This document shows positions 24,359 through 37,336 of a DNA stretch of 64,000 nucleotides, in pieces (position 1 is the stretch's first letter; each line of letters opens with the position of its first letter). The notes below the pieces were generated by a model. That model saw only the letters and a program-made list of their open reading frames with translations, was not told the origin of the DNA and made no database searches. This DNA comes from Marsupella aquatica (lineage: Eukaryota > Plantae > Marchantiophyta). A program made the position numbers and the translations under genes. Location of the stretch: assembly GCA_973895155.1 (NCBI GenBank), contig OZ316896.1, positions 16,471,752 to 16,535,751 of the forward strand. Direction: 5' to 3'.

Positions 24359-25319
24359 TTGTATGATGACTGTTAAGAGTATCAGTGGCAAACATGTGAA
24401 GAGCCTGAATGGAGATAAATAACAAAAAAACTAAAAAACATCACACTGACCTGAGCAAGACCTAAAATCCACTCAAGGTCTTAAAATTTTTGTTGTCCCT
24501 TTTCAGGGATCTGGCCATAAGAAGGCAAACTTCACTTAATGTCGTTCAAGTATTGTAGTATTGCCTTTCTAAACCCACAGCCTTAAGAATGCTCTCAACC
24601 CGGGTCTCTGAACTTTCTCATTTTTGATAATTTTGAAGACTGAGTGTGTATTTCATTCTTACTACTGCACAAAAACACTATATGTTTAATTAAATATGTA
24701 CATTACATGAAACCCTTCTAGAATCTATTCTAGTACCTGCCCACAACAAACTGCCTTGATGAAGAGGATCATTTCAACAAATGAATTCAAAAGACAAAGA
24801 ATGAAGGAGGGGATTGTTGGACATTATGATTAATGTTTGTTATTGTACTCATTGTTTTGAAGGGTCCAAGATTGCTGACTACTGTGAACACCCTTGCCCT
24901 AAATCTGGTTGAGGTAGGCCTTTATTTGGTTTTGTAAAATTTTGTCATTTTGATTTGTACAATTCAGGTCTCCTTCAAATACCCAATGCCACTTACAATA
25001 TGAAATGAGATTAGGTAACGTACCCAAGTAAATAATTTCTGATCAAGTTGCTAATATGTCATCTGTTTACCTGTTGTTGGCATGCATGAACTATTCTGTT
25101 GGCAAACGGGGCTAAAGTGGGAGCTGCCTTTACCTCAGTTGGAGTCCAGTACCTCAAATGTATGTCTAATTCTTCACTTGTGCACACATTTGCTTCACAT
25201 GACGCTCTAGAAGATGGTATGGAAGGGTTTTGGAGTTGTCTAGAACAATTCATATGCTCTGCAAGATGTCAAAGAAGAAAGATGTGCAACTGTGTTTTTG
25301 ATTAGGTAGTGCTGCAATC

Positions 25320-28300
25320 ATGGCTTCTTCTAGCCAGGTTGGGTCACATAACACTGCATATACAACAGAGGCAAACAACTTGAGAAGTTTACCTCTTTCC
25401 CATCCACGTCGAATATAGCGTCGTGATGATAACTTATGGGCTCGGGAATAGACAGCTTGCTCTAGTAGTGCTGATCATAGAATGTATTGCTCTTGCATGG
25501 AATGCAAAGGGATTGTTAAGACTACTCGAAAGACCAGTCGACAACATCTTCTTAAATATGGCCGCTACCCTGCCTGTCGAGTGTGGGTAGGAGAGGGTGA
25601 CGACTCTTCTGATGAGGAGTGGAGATCCAATTACATCCGTAACTCTGGTCCAGAGGCATTGAGGGCAGGAATGTCTCGAGAGGCATTCCACTCAGGCCAG
25701 CCATCAATAGATGTTGAAGAGTAGGTCACAATTTTACTTCAGGAGACATTGGCAAGAGCTTCTGAAGAATCTGACGAATATGTGGATAATGATCCTTCTT
25801 TTGATATAGAAGAGATGTTTCAAAATGATGAGAATGAGGCAGATCCACCCTCTGCTGAGACCAGGGCTGAGGACACACCTACAGCAGGGCATCCTGTAAA
25901 TCCTGTCCCTCTGCAAGGGTCTTTAGAAGAAGCCATGAAACCCTTATTTCCAGGCAGTAAGACAGATGTAGTTTCCTTCATGTTGTTGTTTTTAAACATC
26001 TGTCACAACAATAGGTTCTCGAACACGGGAGTGAATGCCATGCTGTCTTTGTTGACTGAGCATGGAATACCAATAGAGCACACTCTCCCTAAAAACCTAT
26101 ATGCTGCAAAACAATTACTGAGAAAATTGGGTTTAGACTATGAGAGAATCCCAGTCTGTGAGAATGGATGTATGTTATTTAGAAATGAGACTGCAGAGTT
26201 GGAAATTGTTCCAAGTGTAATCAGCCAAAGATGTAGTTAGTGGGGAATTCTTTACAGCCTGTGAAGGTCTTGAGATATTTCCCTATAATCCCTTGATTGA
26301 AGAGATTTTATGCCACTAAGGGTACATCTAAGCTAATGACTTGGCATCATGAGAACAAGAGCAAGGACAACATGGTCCGACATCCAACAGATTCAAAGGC
26401 ATGGAAACATGTGGACACAGAGATCGACCTTGCTTTTGCTGCTAAGCCAAGGAATGTGCGAATGGGATTGGCACTTGATGGGGTAAATCCATTTGGGAAT
26501 AATTCTACTGCCTGGTCTACATGGCCAATCCTGCTGTTGAATTATAATATCCCTCCTTGGCTTTCCACAAAGAAGTTCTTTGTCATGTTGGCTCTTCTAA
26601 TTCCAGGTCCTGTGTCTGTAAGCGAGGAACAATTTGATGTATACATGGCTCCACTTGTGGATGATCTTGAGAGATTATGGTCAGAAGGAGTGGATTGTTT
26701 TGATGTTCTACCAAGGCTAGGATTGCAGCAAGAGTTCAAGCTAAGGGCTTCAGTATTATGGACAATCAATGATTATCCTGCATATGGATTAGTCTCTGGC
26801 CAACAACATGCAGGGTACAAAGGATGTGTGGTTTGTGGGCCAAATTATGTGGCACATGGTTCAAAACAGTTGGGCAAGTTACTGTTTGCTGGCCATCGTC
26901 GCTGGTTACCACAGAGACACTATTTTTGCACAGAGGAAGTGGCAAAATACTTTAATGGTGAGGTAGATGCACGAGCTGCACCGTGTAGAGTGTCTAGCTC
27001 TGATAGGAAACGTTGGGGAGAAAAGGCCGCTAAATATGTGGAGAAGAAACCAGGGAATGCGCTGGATGATGAAAACTCTCCAGTAAAGAAGAATGGAGTG
27101 AAGAGGGTTACTGGATTATACAAGCTATCGTACTGGAGTGTAAGTATCCAGTTTCCCATACTGAATCCCTCAGTGTGTATTAATGTTAAGTAGCAAAGAG
27201 TAACATTTCTTATTCTAACTTAGTTTGTACTGAACTGTGCGTCCAATGCAGAAACTTCTCATCAACCATTGTTTGGATCCCATGCACTGTGAGAAGAATC
27301 TTGCACACAACATTGTGCACACTATTTTGGGGACAAAGGATACTCCTTCTGTTCGAGAAGATATGAAAGTCATGGACTTGCAGGAACACCTGTGGCTGGT
27401 TCCAAATCCAGATCCAAAAAAAGATTCAAAGATCATGCCGCCAGCCCCATACTGCCTCAATAAGACAGAGAAGACTAAGTTCTTAGAGGTATTGTTGACC
27501 TTTAAAGGGCCCACTGGTTTCAGCAGTTCTCTGGCTAAATGTGTCACAGTTAAGAAGAAGTTATTAGGGCTGAAATCTCACGATTTTCATCACCTCATGC
27601 AACAAATCCTTCCATTGGCAACAATAGGATTACTTGATGAAGGTGTTCGGTTGACCATAGCCAGAGTGAGCAATGTGTGGCGTACCATCTGTGCCAAGGT
27701 TTGGGATCCCTCATAGTACGACTCTGTGATGATGGATGTTGCATTCACACTCTGCCTTATGGAAATTCATTTCCCACCAAGCTTCTTTGATGTCATGACC
27801 CATCTGTTGATTCATCTGGTTCAGGAACTAGACATCTGTGGTCCAATGAACATTAGATGGATGTACCCAATAGAAAGATATCTAAAGACCTTGAAGAGTT
27901 ATGTTCAAAACAAGGCACGTCCAAAGGCTTCTATGGCTGAAGGCTACCTTATGGATGAATCTTTAGGATTCCTTTCTGAATACATGATCGATGTTAAGGG
28001 GACAGGAATGAGAACATGGGACTTGGAGGAGAATCCTGGTGTTGCAGGCATTGTCTTGGAAGGAGCTGGAAAACAAATCACCTTGGAGTGGAATGATATG
28101 ATAGTTATGCATCATTACATACTGGAGAATGAAGAGCTGGTGGAACCATGGTATAGGTATGAGCATGCATGGTTTATATTGTTAAGTTCTATGTTGTTTA
28201 TTATTAAACAGAATTGAGTTTTGAGCAGAAATTGTGTGGGCCTAGGAGCTGACTGTCATTCTTGCCATGTAGGGTTTATGATGATCAAAAGGAGGCAGTT

Positions 28301-29113
28301 ACCAAGCACAGAGCAGATTTCTGGAAAGAATGGATGAAGAATCCAGGAAATCGGAGGAATCCTATGCCTTATCCCTTTGATTTGGATGAGTTGCCTCCTT
28401 TTAGAGAATGGTTTGAAGTGACAATTAGAAGGCATAATTTTAAGAATGAGTTTGAACGAATGGTGTTGGCAGCGTATAGTGTACCACCTAGTCTGAAGGC
28501 ACTGCGGTACAGAGCCTACAGAGCCTATGGGCACCATTGGAGGACCATTCCATCACTAGGTTCCTTGATTGATTGTGACTCATCTGGGTTCAAGACTTTT
28601 GATTCTGGGATGGCTTGTACATTCACTGAGAAGCGGGTCATTAGGTCAGGGGCAACAGTAGATGAATCTATACAATATGTGGGGGTGTTGACAGACATCT
28701 TAGTGTTGAACTATGGGCCTCTAATAAAGGAAGTGGTCATTTTCAAAGGAAGGTGGGCAAACCCATCTTGGACTCCCAAAGCCACTGCAAGTATGAGATA
28801 TGATGCGTCTAGATTGTGGCAAGTAAATTTTCAGAAGGAGCTGGGTGCTTCCAAGAAAATGGACTATGTATTGCCACGACAAATAGAACAAGTGTTTTTT
28901 TACCCAAATGATAAGGGGATTGCATGGAGGACAATCCTCCACAAGGAATCCAGGTCTACAAGGGTGTTGGGTGATTACATGGAAGTTGATTTCCATGATA
29001 CTATGGATGACAATGCTAAGTTTCACATAGAGTTGGCAGAAGCCTGTACAACTAGACAGGAGCCTGGACCAAGTACTACAGACAAAGGAAAAAGAAAGTA
29101 TAAAAGGAAATGA
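25320..29113 (+). pseudogene. CACTA TnpD/TNP2-type transposase, disrupted; exons 25320-27139, 27252-28156, 28273-29113
   Basis: Collinear with the copy-1 transposase (RNVRMGLALDGVNPF, YNIPPW, DPMHCEKN, FPPSFFDVMTHL, RWMYPIERY). Both introns at the same positions as in copy 1. Several TAG/TGA stops and a frameshift near 26200. Confidence 0.93.
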
Positions 29114-29189
29114 ATGGTTTGAAGATACTGTACAGTCTGGTTTCATTTAGTTGGGAGTGAGATCATACTAACATGGCATGCCATAGTCT

Positions 29190-32100
29190 AGCAGTGAATG
29201 CAGCGAATACCTCCATATGAGGAGGAACGGAATAAGAAGGTAGCAGACAACAATAGAAAATTCAGGGAGATATTTGGAGAAAATTTCAATTTCATGTGAG
29301 TATAATCTTGCATGTTGTTTTGAATGTGCACAGATGTGTTAATATTGCTCATCAGCAATATGAGTTGGTTTTTGGTACTTGTCATTCATTCATTGATATT
29401 CTCTGATGTAGACTGGGTGCAACATAGACCGTAGGGCGCAAGAAGGAAACAAGTGCACGTCGAACTCCTAGAAGTGAGGTTACCACACAGAGGAGACAGA
29501 GCTCTAGACTATCAAGAATTGCCTCAGTGAGTATGGCAGAGTCTGGTGATGAGGGCTCTGAATCAGATTATGACACTGATGCTGAGTACAATGAAGATGA
29601 GAAACCAGAAAGTTCATCCAAGGTGAGATTCCTATTACATTTCACCAACATTATGAGGAAACTATAGACATTGGTAATGATTCTGTTTAATAACATTGGT
29701 TTTAACTTGATTTGGACAGGAACATCTATAACCTCCATCTAAGAGCTTGGCAGATGCAAAAGAAACCCTTACAAAGGTTGGACCTTCCATGAGTGGCATG
29801 GTGCAATGTTACAAAGACCCTGTGACTGGCCAGCTATTTGAATGTAAGTAATTTCAAAGATTTTCAATGTATTTTTCAATGTTGATCTATATGAATGTTG
29901 GATTCATAACTCCAGTGGTTTGCATGTGTATAGTGGTGGTTCCATCAACATCGATTGGGAAATCTGGACACTCTGCAATAGTGACATCCAGTCAGGGTTT
30001 AGGTAAGTCAAATTCAATGAAGCGTCCTCCTATTATATTGTAATATTTCTTGTCCCTCATTTTGCAATTGTGGATGATCAATATTGGATGCTCATTGTGT
30101 ACGTAGAGGGAAGAAAGACTGCAACAAAGCAACGCAGGGAATCTAGGCAAGCCAAAAAACAATTCCAGAGAACCAGTAGTGCAAGAAGGGCTGACAATAA
30201 GAAGGGAAAATTGATAACGGTAAGATTTTCATTGCACATTTCATATTTGTGGCCTACAATTTGTGTACTCAAAAGCAATTGGGTGTTTGTTTCATTCCCA
30301 ATGTTGATGACTATCATTTGTGGTGTTTTTTTCAAATTCATGACAATGATATTGATGATTCTCATCCTAATAAACCATATTGGATGGAGGAGCTACGTGC
30401 CAATGTCTTGAGGCTTTTTGATGTATCAGAACCTGATTGGAACAAACAAGATCGAAACATAATTGAGGATGTGCAGAAATTGATGAAGGTAGATTGGGAG
30501 TATCCAGATAAGCAGTCAGTGTCTGACAATAAATTTATTAGTCATTGTTGAACGTTATTGAAAAGAGAACGTCACAAACTAAATACTTATTGGAAGGATG
30601 TATGTAAACGTGATCGCTCCAAACCAGGACCTCAATATGTTGACCCATTGAAATGGGCACGATTGGTGGATCATTTTGATAGTCCTGCTTTGATTGCAAG
30701 GAGTGCTGTGATGAAAGCAAGGAGGGCAGAAGTGGTGAACAAAGAGCATTTTGGAAGAGGAGGGGCTGCTGGAGCAGAAAAAAGATTGGTAAGAATCTTC
30801 ATATGGTCCATCTCATTGCAGGTCTAGACTGTCATTTGAATTGAAGTGTTTATCTAGTATAGGAATAAACAATGACATGATGAGTTCTCATTAATATTCC
30901 AATTGCTTTGAATGTGATTATGTGTTTCCAGAAAGCAAAAGGAATGACGAGCCCTGTTATATCAAAACTTGTGTCTAGTAGTCCAGTCCCCCCAATGCAG
31001 ATCAGTCCATCTATGGGCAGTGGTGAACATCGAGGCAGTAGTTTTGTTGGAATTGGATCTGCACATGGATCAGCGGTATGTAATGAAAACCTGCGTATAT
31101 ATTCAATTTTGATTATCAGTTATCCATGATGTTCAAATTATCATTGATAATTGACATTGTATGGTGTGTTTGTGTATGTAGACTCCACTGTCCAGGGAAA
31201 CTACAATTGAGAAACCAGCTCGATTACTCAAGCTTGAACAGTCTGTGGAGAATTTAACCAAACTTGAATTCAAAGTGGACAATTTGACATCTATGATGAC
31301 TTCTTTCATTGCACAAAATCAACAGAATCAGTTCCATATGCAATTATCAAATGCAATTGCTACTAAGGTGGTGGTTGAGCCTAAAGGTAGTAGCAGGAAA
31401 CGTTCTCTTACTTTCTCAGGTGATGGTGATGGTAAGAACATACAAACTTATACTCTAAACATATTATATATGCAATAGTTTATTTTTCAATTTAGAATGA
31501 AGTTTTCTAAGCATTCATTGTTTGGTTTTGTGGTAGCTTCTTCAGGGGAGAATCCTGTATCACGGCGAGAGAAATCAGATACTTTAACAAGGCAGAAGCC
31601 AAAGCCAAGTATGGGAGAAGCAAATTTGGGAGCACTACAGGAACCTTGCATTGTACAAAGCAGCATTGGTAATGGTGAGAGTGATGAGATTGCTGTCACA
31701 GATGAATAGATAGTGTCAAATGCAATTCAGGAGCAAGAGGCTACACCACCTAGGCCTTCAAAGAGATTCAAGAAATCAACCCCTATCACTATCTCACCTA
31801 GTGAACGAGGACCAGTTCTCTCCCCAAATCCAGCAGCAAAGGTGAATTTGTTTTCAGTTGGCTTATGTTCTTAAATTGATGATATGCCCAAATTAGTACT
31901 ACAAGACAGTATTTTGTCCTAACAATTTTGTGTGACAGTTTTCAAAAGGAGATGTTGTAGAAGTATGAAGCGTTGTGGATCGCTCTACAATTGTTGCTAG
32001 AGGTGAAGTGACAGGGTTACCAGGAGAGGATAAATTTCATTGTGTCATGATTGAGAGTCCTTGGGTGCGAGTATCAGTTAAGGTAGTATATTGTGGTGAT

Positions 32101-32200
32101 GCAGCAGTGCCAATGCCCAACAAAGAAGAGAAACAACTCTGCTTACGAAATGTGTTAGGAATGAATACATTGTGAAATGCTAGGTTTCTTCGGAAGTGTT
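29190..32200 (+). pseudogene. CACTA TnpA-like multi-exon gene (Ptta/En-Spm and Tnp1 C-terminal-like regions), disrupted
   Basis: KRERHKLNTYW...PQYVDPLKWARLVDHFDSP...KARRAEVVNKEHFGRGG and IVARGEV..FHCVMIESPWVRVSVKVVYCGDAAVPMP. Position 3' of TnpD; many GT-AG introns; exon limits approximate. Confidence 0.75.
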
Positions 32201-32567
32201 GAATATTTTCTCTGATCATGTAGACCAGAGAATTTTTGAATATTTTGGTTACCATTGTTTGACTCATGGAGTGAAAAATGTGTACTTTCTATCACTTCAT
32301 CATAAAGACTTCTGTTTTTTCAATTGTTCTATACTAGAGCTTGTGAATGTTGAAATGTGAATTTTTGAATACAATAATGACTTCTGTTTTTTCAATTATT
32401 CTATATTAGAGCTTGTGAATGTTGGAGTGTGAATTTCTAAATACAATGATGATGTGCAAAGTAATGTTTTTGTTTAGGGTTTTAAGTGGATTCATTGTAT
32501 GTGATTTTGAATATAACTATGAGCTCTTCTTAGATACATCCCAAATGACATTATTTAAAAACACTTT

Positions 32568-32765
32568 GTATGACACCCTCAATGATACCCTCAATGACAC
32601 CATGTATGACACCCTCAATGACACCCTGTATGACACCCTCAATGACACTCTCAATGATATCCTGTATGCCACCCTCAATGACCCCTTGTATGACACCTTG
32701 TATGACATTTTTAATGACACCATGTACGACACCTTCAATGACACACTAAATGACACCTTAAATGA
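32568..32765 (+). repeat. Subterminal 12-bp tandem repeat (ATGACACCCTCA / ATGACACCCTGT, ~16 copies), putative TnpA-binding sites
   Basis: Directly visible 12-bp periodicity about 350 bp inside the right TIR. Confidence 0.85.
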
Positions 32766-34715
32766 TTTATTATTGTGTCATTATGACATGTCTGAAATGA
32801 CATATAATGACAACCATGCATAGTTGCCACGTGTTGTAATATGATTTGTTTAAATATGTGTCATTAAAGACATGCCTAAATGACTAACGGCCGTTCATTC
32901 AGTCATTTAGGACAACATGTCATTTCAGAAATATTGTGTCATTTAGGACTACCATAAATGACTGGTGAGAGTTTTAGTCATTTGTCTTAATTGACTATCC
33001 TAAAAGATGAGGCAAGTATGACAAAAAAGCTCTAGTCATATATTGGTACATATGACTCGTTTTTCAGTCCTAATTCTAGTCATTAAGGATACTATTTTCC
33101 ACTAGTGATAGCGGAAGTCTTTACCTTTCTATCGGCATCACACTCAAGACATGGATGTAATTCAAGAAGCTATGCAAGAGAATACCTACACAAGAGTTCA
33201 GCAACCAGATCAGACGACACTACTCCAACAAGATTAGCTCTACTACGATCATAGTTAAGTTATATAGAGCTACGCAATTTTAGTTAAATATTTAAAGTAG
33301 TCAGAAAAATCTCACACTTTTTCAAGAGATAGTCCTTATGTAGCAAACCATACCCTGAAAGTATCGGCCAAAACCAACATGTAGTTTAGAAGTTATAAAA
33401 ATTTTAGTTTTGCAGTAGCGTGAGTGCGCAAAGGCGCAACGGCGTGCTCCCAAGCGCAAAGGCGCAACGGCGCTTCCGACACTTAGAAAATTTTCCGGAA
33501 TAGTGTGTTTTTTATCCGACAGCACTTTTCACCGATTTTATTAAGGCACTTAGACACCTCAGAAAAGTCTAAAATTTTGCCAACATATAGCATGTATATA
33601 AATATTTCACCTAGGAAAGTTTCATCCCATTTTGACTTTAATGTTAGAAATTAAAATTCTGATAAACTCATTATTTATTAGTTTTACCACAAAAGTGCAA
33701 AAAACACTTTTACTCTAGTTTACACTAGGGATAACTTTTGGTTAGTTTTTCATTCCAGCAACATTCTAGTGAACCTTGAGTACTCTTATAACATATTTTC
33801 ATACTTTTTACTTTAGTTTATGACCCTTAAGATGTGACAGGACATGTCCTTTCATTATCTCTTTTCCCTTTTAGTTCCTGCCACCCTATATGTAGTAGAG
33901 TTTTTGCCACTTTTTGTGTGAAGAAATTTCATGAGCGCTCAGTTGCAAGATTGCAACTTTATTACCTCCATTTGTAACAAGCACTCCATTGCATATGAGT
34001 ACTTAATACAAAGGAATTCTTCCCCCTTCAAGTCTAAATGAATGAGAAGTTTGGACCCTTGAAGTAAAATCATTGTGATTGTTAAATCTTTTGAGTATGT
34101 GGAAATAGATTCCTTGTTGGTGATGTTTTCACATATTCCTTAGTTCTTGATGCATAGTTTTTGGCGTGACATTGCTTGTGCACGGGATGCAAAGATTGTT
34201 ACTTACCAATTACTCATGGCTTCAAATTTGATTATGATGATGTCTCTTATTTGTGACACAAAGTACCGATTGGATACAGAAGTGATTGATTACTAGTCTC
34301 CACTTAGTACCTTGGAAGGAAAAGTTGAGACATGTTGACGGCATTTTAGTAATCATCCTAGTACCGTAATCTTTTCCAGAAATATTATTGCGGATATACC
34401 ACCTAAATCATATCAAATGAAGTTATGTTGAGGAGTAACCTTGGTTGTTTCCTAACTCCCTCACCATACCTCAAGATTTTTGTTGTGTTTTGTTAATTAT
34501 TTCCATTTATTAATTTTATTTATAATGTTAAGCAAACATTCAAAACTATGCCTTGCTGAGCAACCATAGTAAAAGGCTCAACTTTGTGTTTTTGTTACCT
34601 TATTCATTCATAAGTGCTAAATCATAGAAAATCATTCCTTACATGTTCTTCCATGGGAACGAATACCGAGTTTTGGATCTTAAATGTTTATTTATGTCCC
34701 TAGTGTGATACTACA

Positions 34716-35563
34716 ACTGCTCTCCCACAGTTCACGTTCAGCGCAGTGCCAGAAGAAGATGCTGTCTGTGATTGACCCAACTTCTTCTGAGCATCATCAG
34801 ACAGTAAAGAGCTCACCACCTCATTATACGAAATGGACTTCAGATCTTTGTACAAGAGCACCTGTTTCAAGCCCTGATATGACGGCGGTAAGGAGCTTAG
34901 GAGAAGCAAGGCCTTATCCTCATCTTCAACTCCTTTTCCCAGATTTGACAGATCCACCAATAGACTGTCAAACTCATCCAGGTGATCTTGCATCTTGCTC
35001 CCTTCCTTGAGTCTGAGGCTCATCAAGAGAGATTTCTTGTACAGTCGGTCTGACGCATCTTCCCGATAATACTTCTCTCTTAGAACCTTGAATAGTGACG
35101 CGCAATCCGCATAATCATCAAACTGCTTGATGATGTGCGGCTTGAGATATAGCATCACTACGTTGACAACAATCATTTGCTCTTGTCTCCACTGTCTCAC
35201 ATAAATCTCCTTCTCTCCATCATATTGCTCTCGCGATGAAAGCAGATGAGCTAAGCCCATGACCCGAAGAACACCCTTCACTTGCTTTTCCCAAAGCAAG
35301 TAATTAGTACGACCATCGTACTTCTCCACCTCAAACTTCACTCCTCCAAATCTAGCCATCTCCCTCTTCTTCCCTACTACCGATAGCTCTGGTAGTAGTA
35401 TAGCTTCCTCCACTGCACGCCGCACCGGTGATCGTACCGGTGTTACAAGTTCTTCCTCAAACGGTAGCAGCTCCTCCTCAGACTCTCCGTCTGATCGTCG
35501 CGATCCTGAAGCTCCACCGATGCCAATTCTTCTAGTATCCTCCGAGTCACTCATATGAAACAA
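34716..35563 (-). CDS. Ty1/copia gag N-terminal part (interrupted by solo LTR)
   Basis: KFEVEKYDGRTNYLLWEKQVK, DHLDEFDSLLVDL, EDEDKALLLLSSLPPSY (UBN2-type gag). Confidence 0.9.
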
Positions 35564-36945
35564 TCACGAAAAAATGTCTTTTTTTTAACTTCTCATAAAA
35601 CTCAAAACTCAACACCGCCGCGTAGCCCACAAACCTAGGAGTCCAATACTGAAAGCCGAAATCAAAATCAAAATTCAACAGAAAAATTATTCAAATTTTG
35701 GTCGGGGTGGGTAAAACGTTGGGAAACTCCCCTGTTTTGACCACCTCGGAGAATAACCAAAATACCCAGTACAACCCGTCGTCGAAATTGCAATGTGAGC
35801 GTGGGTGTCGGGGTAGGGCCTGTCGGAGGGGGCCCCTGACGTACACAGGCAGGAGCGGGGGTGCGGGGTTGACGGAGGTACGGTGCTCGCAAGGCCCGGG
35901 AGGGATTGACCGGCGGTAGCAACCAGCCATCACGCTGCGAGGGGCTTGAAAGGGATGCGGGGCGTAAGGGGCAGGTGTCCGGCAGACATCCAGGCGAGAA
36001 GGGCCTGCAAGCTCGCAAGGGCTCGCGAAGGGGGAAAACAGAAGGTGGGGGGAAGGGGGAGCGGCCAGCTACGACTGCAAATGCGCCGGCCGGCATTGCA
36101 CAGCTCGCCGCTGCGTCTTAAGAAATGGTGGTGCGGGGAGGGTGCGACCGTATGTAGGGCAGGGCCGAGAGTCACGTATGTGTATGCGGGGGCAATCCAG
36201 GCACATACACACAAAAATGTGTGTATAAACACACAAAAATGCCCTAAACCCCCTAAAAGTAAAAAAACTTCCCCGGGATAAAAAGATGAAAAGATCATCT
36301 TAATAGCCGCAGTTTCAAGTAAGTAAAGGTAACACCGCCAACGGGAAAGCTGTCGAATTGCAGCGGCATAGTCTGCAGGTCCAGTAAAGTAGAAAATTTC
36401 CGCCGCGTCAAGTGCCAATCCCGAGCTCAAAACGACCGCCTCACCGCGATCAAACGGTTGAGCCATGGCACTTCACGTTTCTTCCACTGAGTCGGGCGTC
36501 ACGAAGAGAAATCTGGTTCAGATGAGAACAAGCTCCATAGCTTATTAAAAAACCTGAACGCCTCCTTCACTCGTCATGTCGCACTCGGTAACAACTCGGC
36601 AGCAATCCAGCTATCGAAACGACTACCTCGCTTCAACCTTCAACTTGAGCTATAATGTGCAATCCCTCCCGCACCGCAGGGCTCGCACTGTTGAAAAATG
36701 CAAACTCTGGTCTCTCCCCAAAAAATACCGTCGAACACGAATAAAACCTGAATGACGCAAACTTCAATTCCTCCGCACCACGGATACTAATCAGTGAGTT
36801 CTAACCACCGTTAGAAAGCCCTCTCACTAACCTATCCGCTCAGCCACACACATTGGAGTTTCATGCAACGAAACTCCGAATGTGCCACCAACAATGAACA
36901 TTGGAAAAAACATGTCACGAAAAAACCTTGTCACCTCCCAGGCAT

Positions 36946-37303
36946 ACTCTGATACCACTTGTTGAGCATAGACGACATTCGTAACAACAAGCCCATGAAC
37001 CATCCAACGCACAAGAGTCAACACAGAGAGATACGTGGTTCACCTCCACATGAGGCTACGTCCACGGGAACACACAAGAGCTTTATTGCACTCTAAGCCG
37101 ACCGGCCATATCAAGCATCCACAGCACAAGCTCTCCCTATCTCTCAACTAGCTCCGTAACAATGAGCCTAAGTTCCACCAGGGTCTGGCATCAGCCCTAG
37201 CTATATACATAATAGCACTACCGCTAACATTAGCTAAGTCCTAACCCAAGTTAGCCTAACTGTAGTTAGCTCATGAGTCACAAGACTAGAGCAATATTTA
37301 ACA
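36946..37303 (-). mobile_element. Copia 5' LTR (36960-37303, 344 bp) and tRNA-iMet PBS (36946-36957)
   Basis: TGTTGA...TTAACA termini; minus-strand TGGTATCAGAGT follows 2 nt after the LTR; ~1.4 kb leader to gag. Confidence 0.88.
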
Positions 37304-37336
37304 AACGCCACCAAGGCTTACCAAGGCTTGATATAA

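Larger units (their letters stand above)
14991..33107 (+). mobile_element. Complete CACTA/En-Spm transposon, copy 2 (18.1 kb, defective)
   Basis: Left TIR CACTAGTAGAAAATGGGGTCTTTTATGACTA; right TIR reverse complement CACTAGTGGAAAATAGTATCCTTAATGACTA. TGAC/GTCA-rich subterminal regions, TnpD-like and TnpA-like genes inside. The two flanks are contiguous in the other LTR copy. Confidence 0.93.
14820..34715 (+). mobile_element. ~1.78 kb solo LTR (14820-14990 plus 33108-34715) inserted in copia gag and split by CACTA-2
   Basis: Termini TGTAATAC...GATACTACA; flanks GCTGC/ACTGC (5-bp TSD, 1 mismatch). Removing it restores the gag frame GR-AAQRTNGQNRFRS. Confidence 0.8.

Noticed and set aside
32419-32823. 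134-aa ORF with (TLND)n repeats
   Set aside because: It is the translation of the 12-bp subterminal DNA repeat, with no coding evidence.
35668-36466. Several overlapping 70-180 aa ORFs
   Set aside because: GC-rich copia 5' leader; low stop density explains them and no motifs were recognised.
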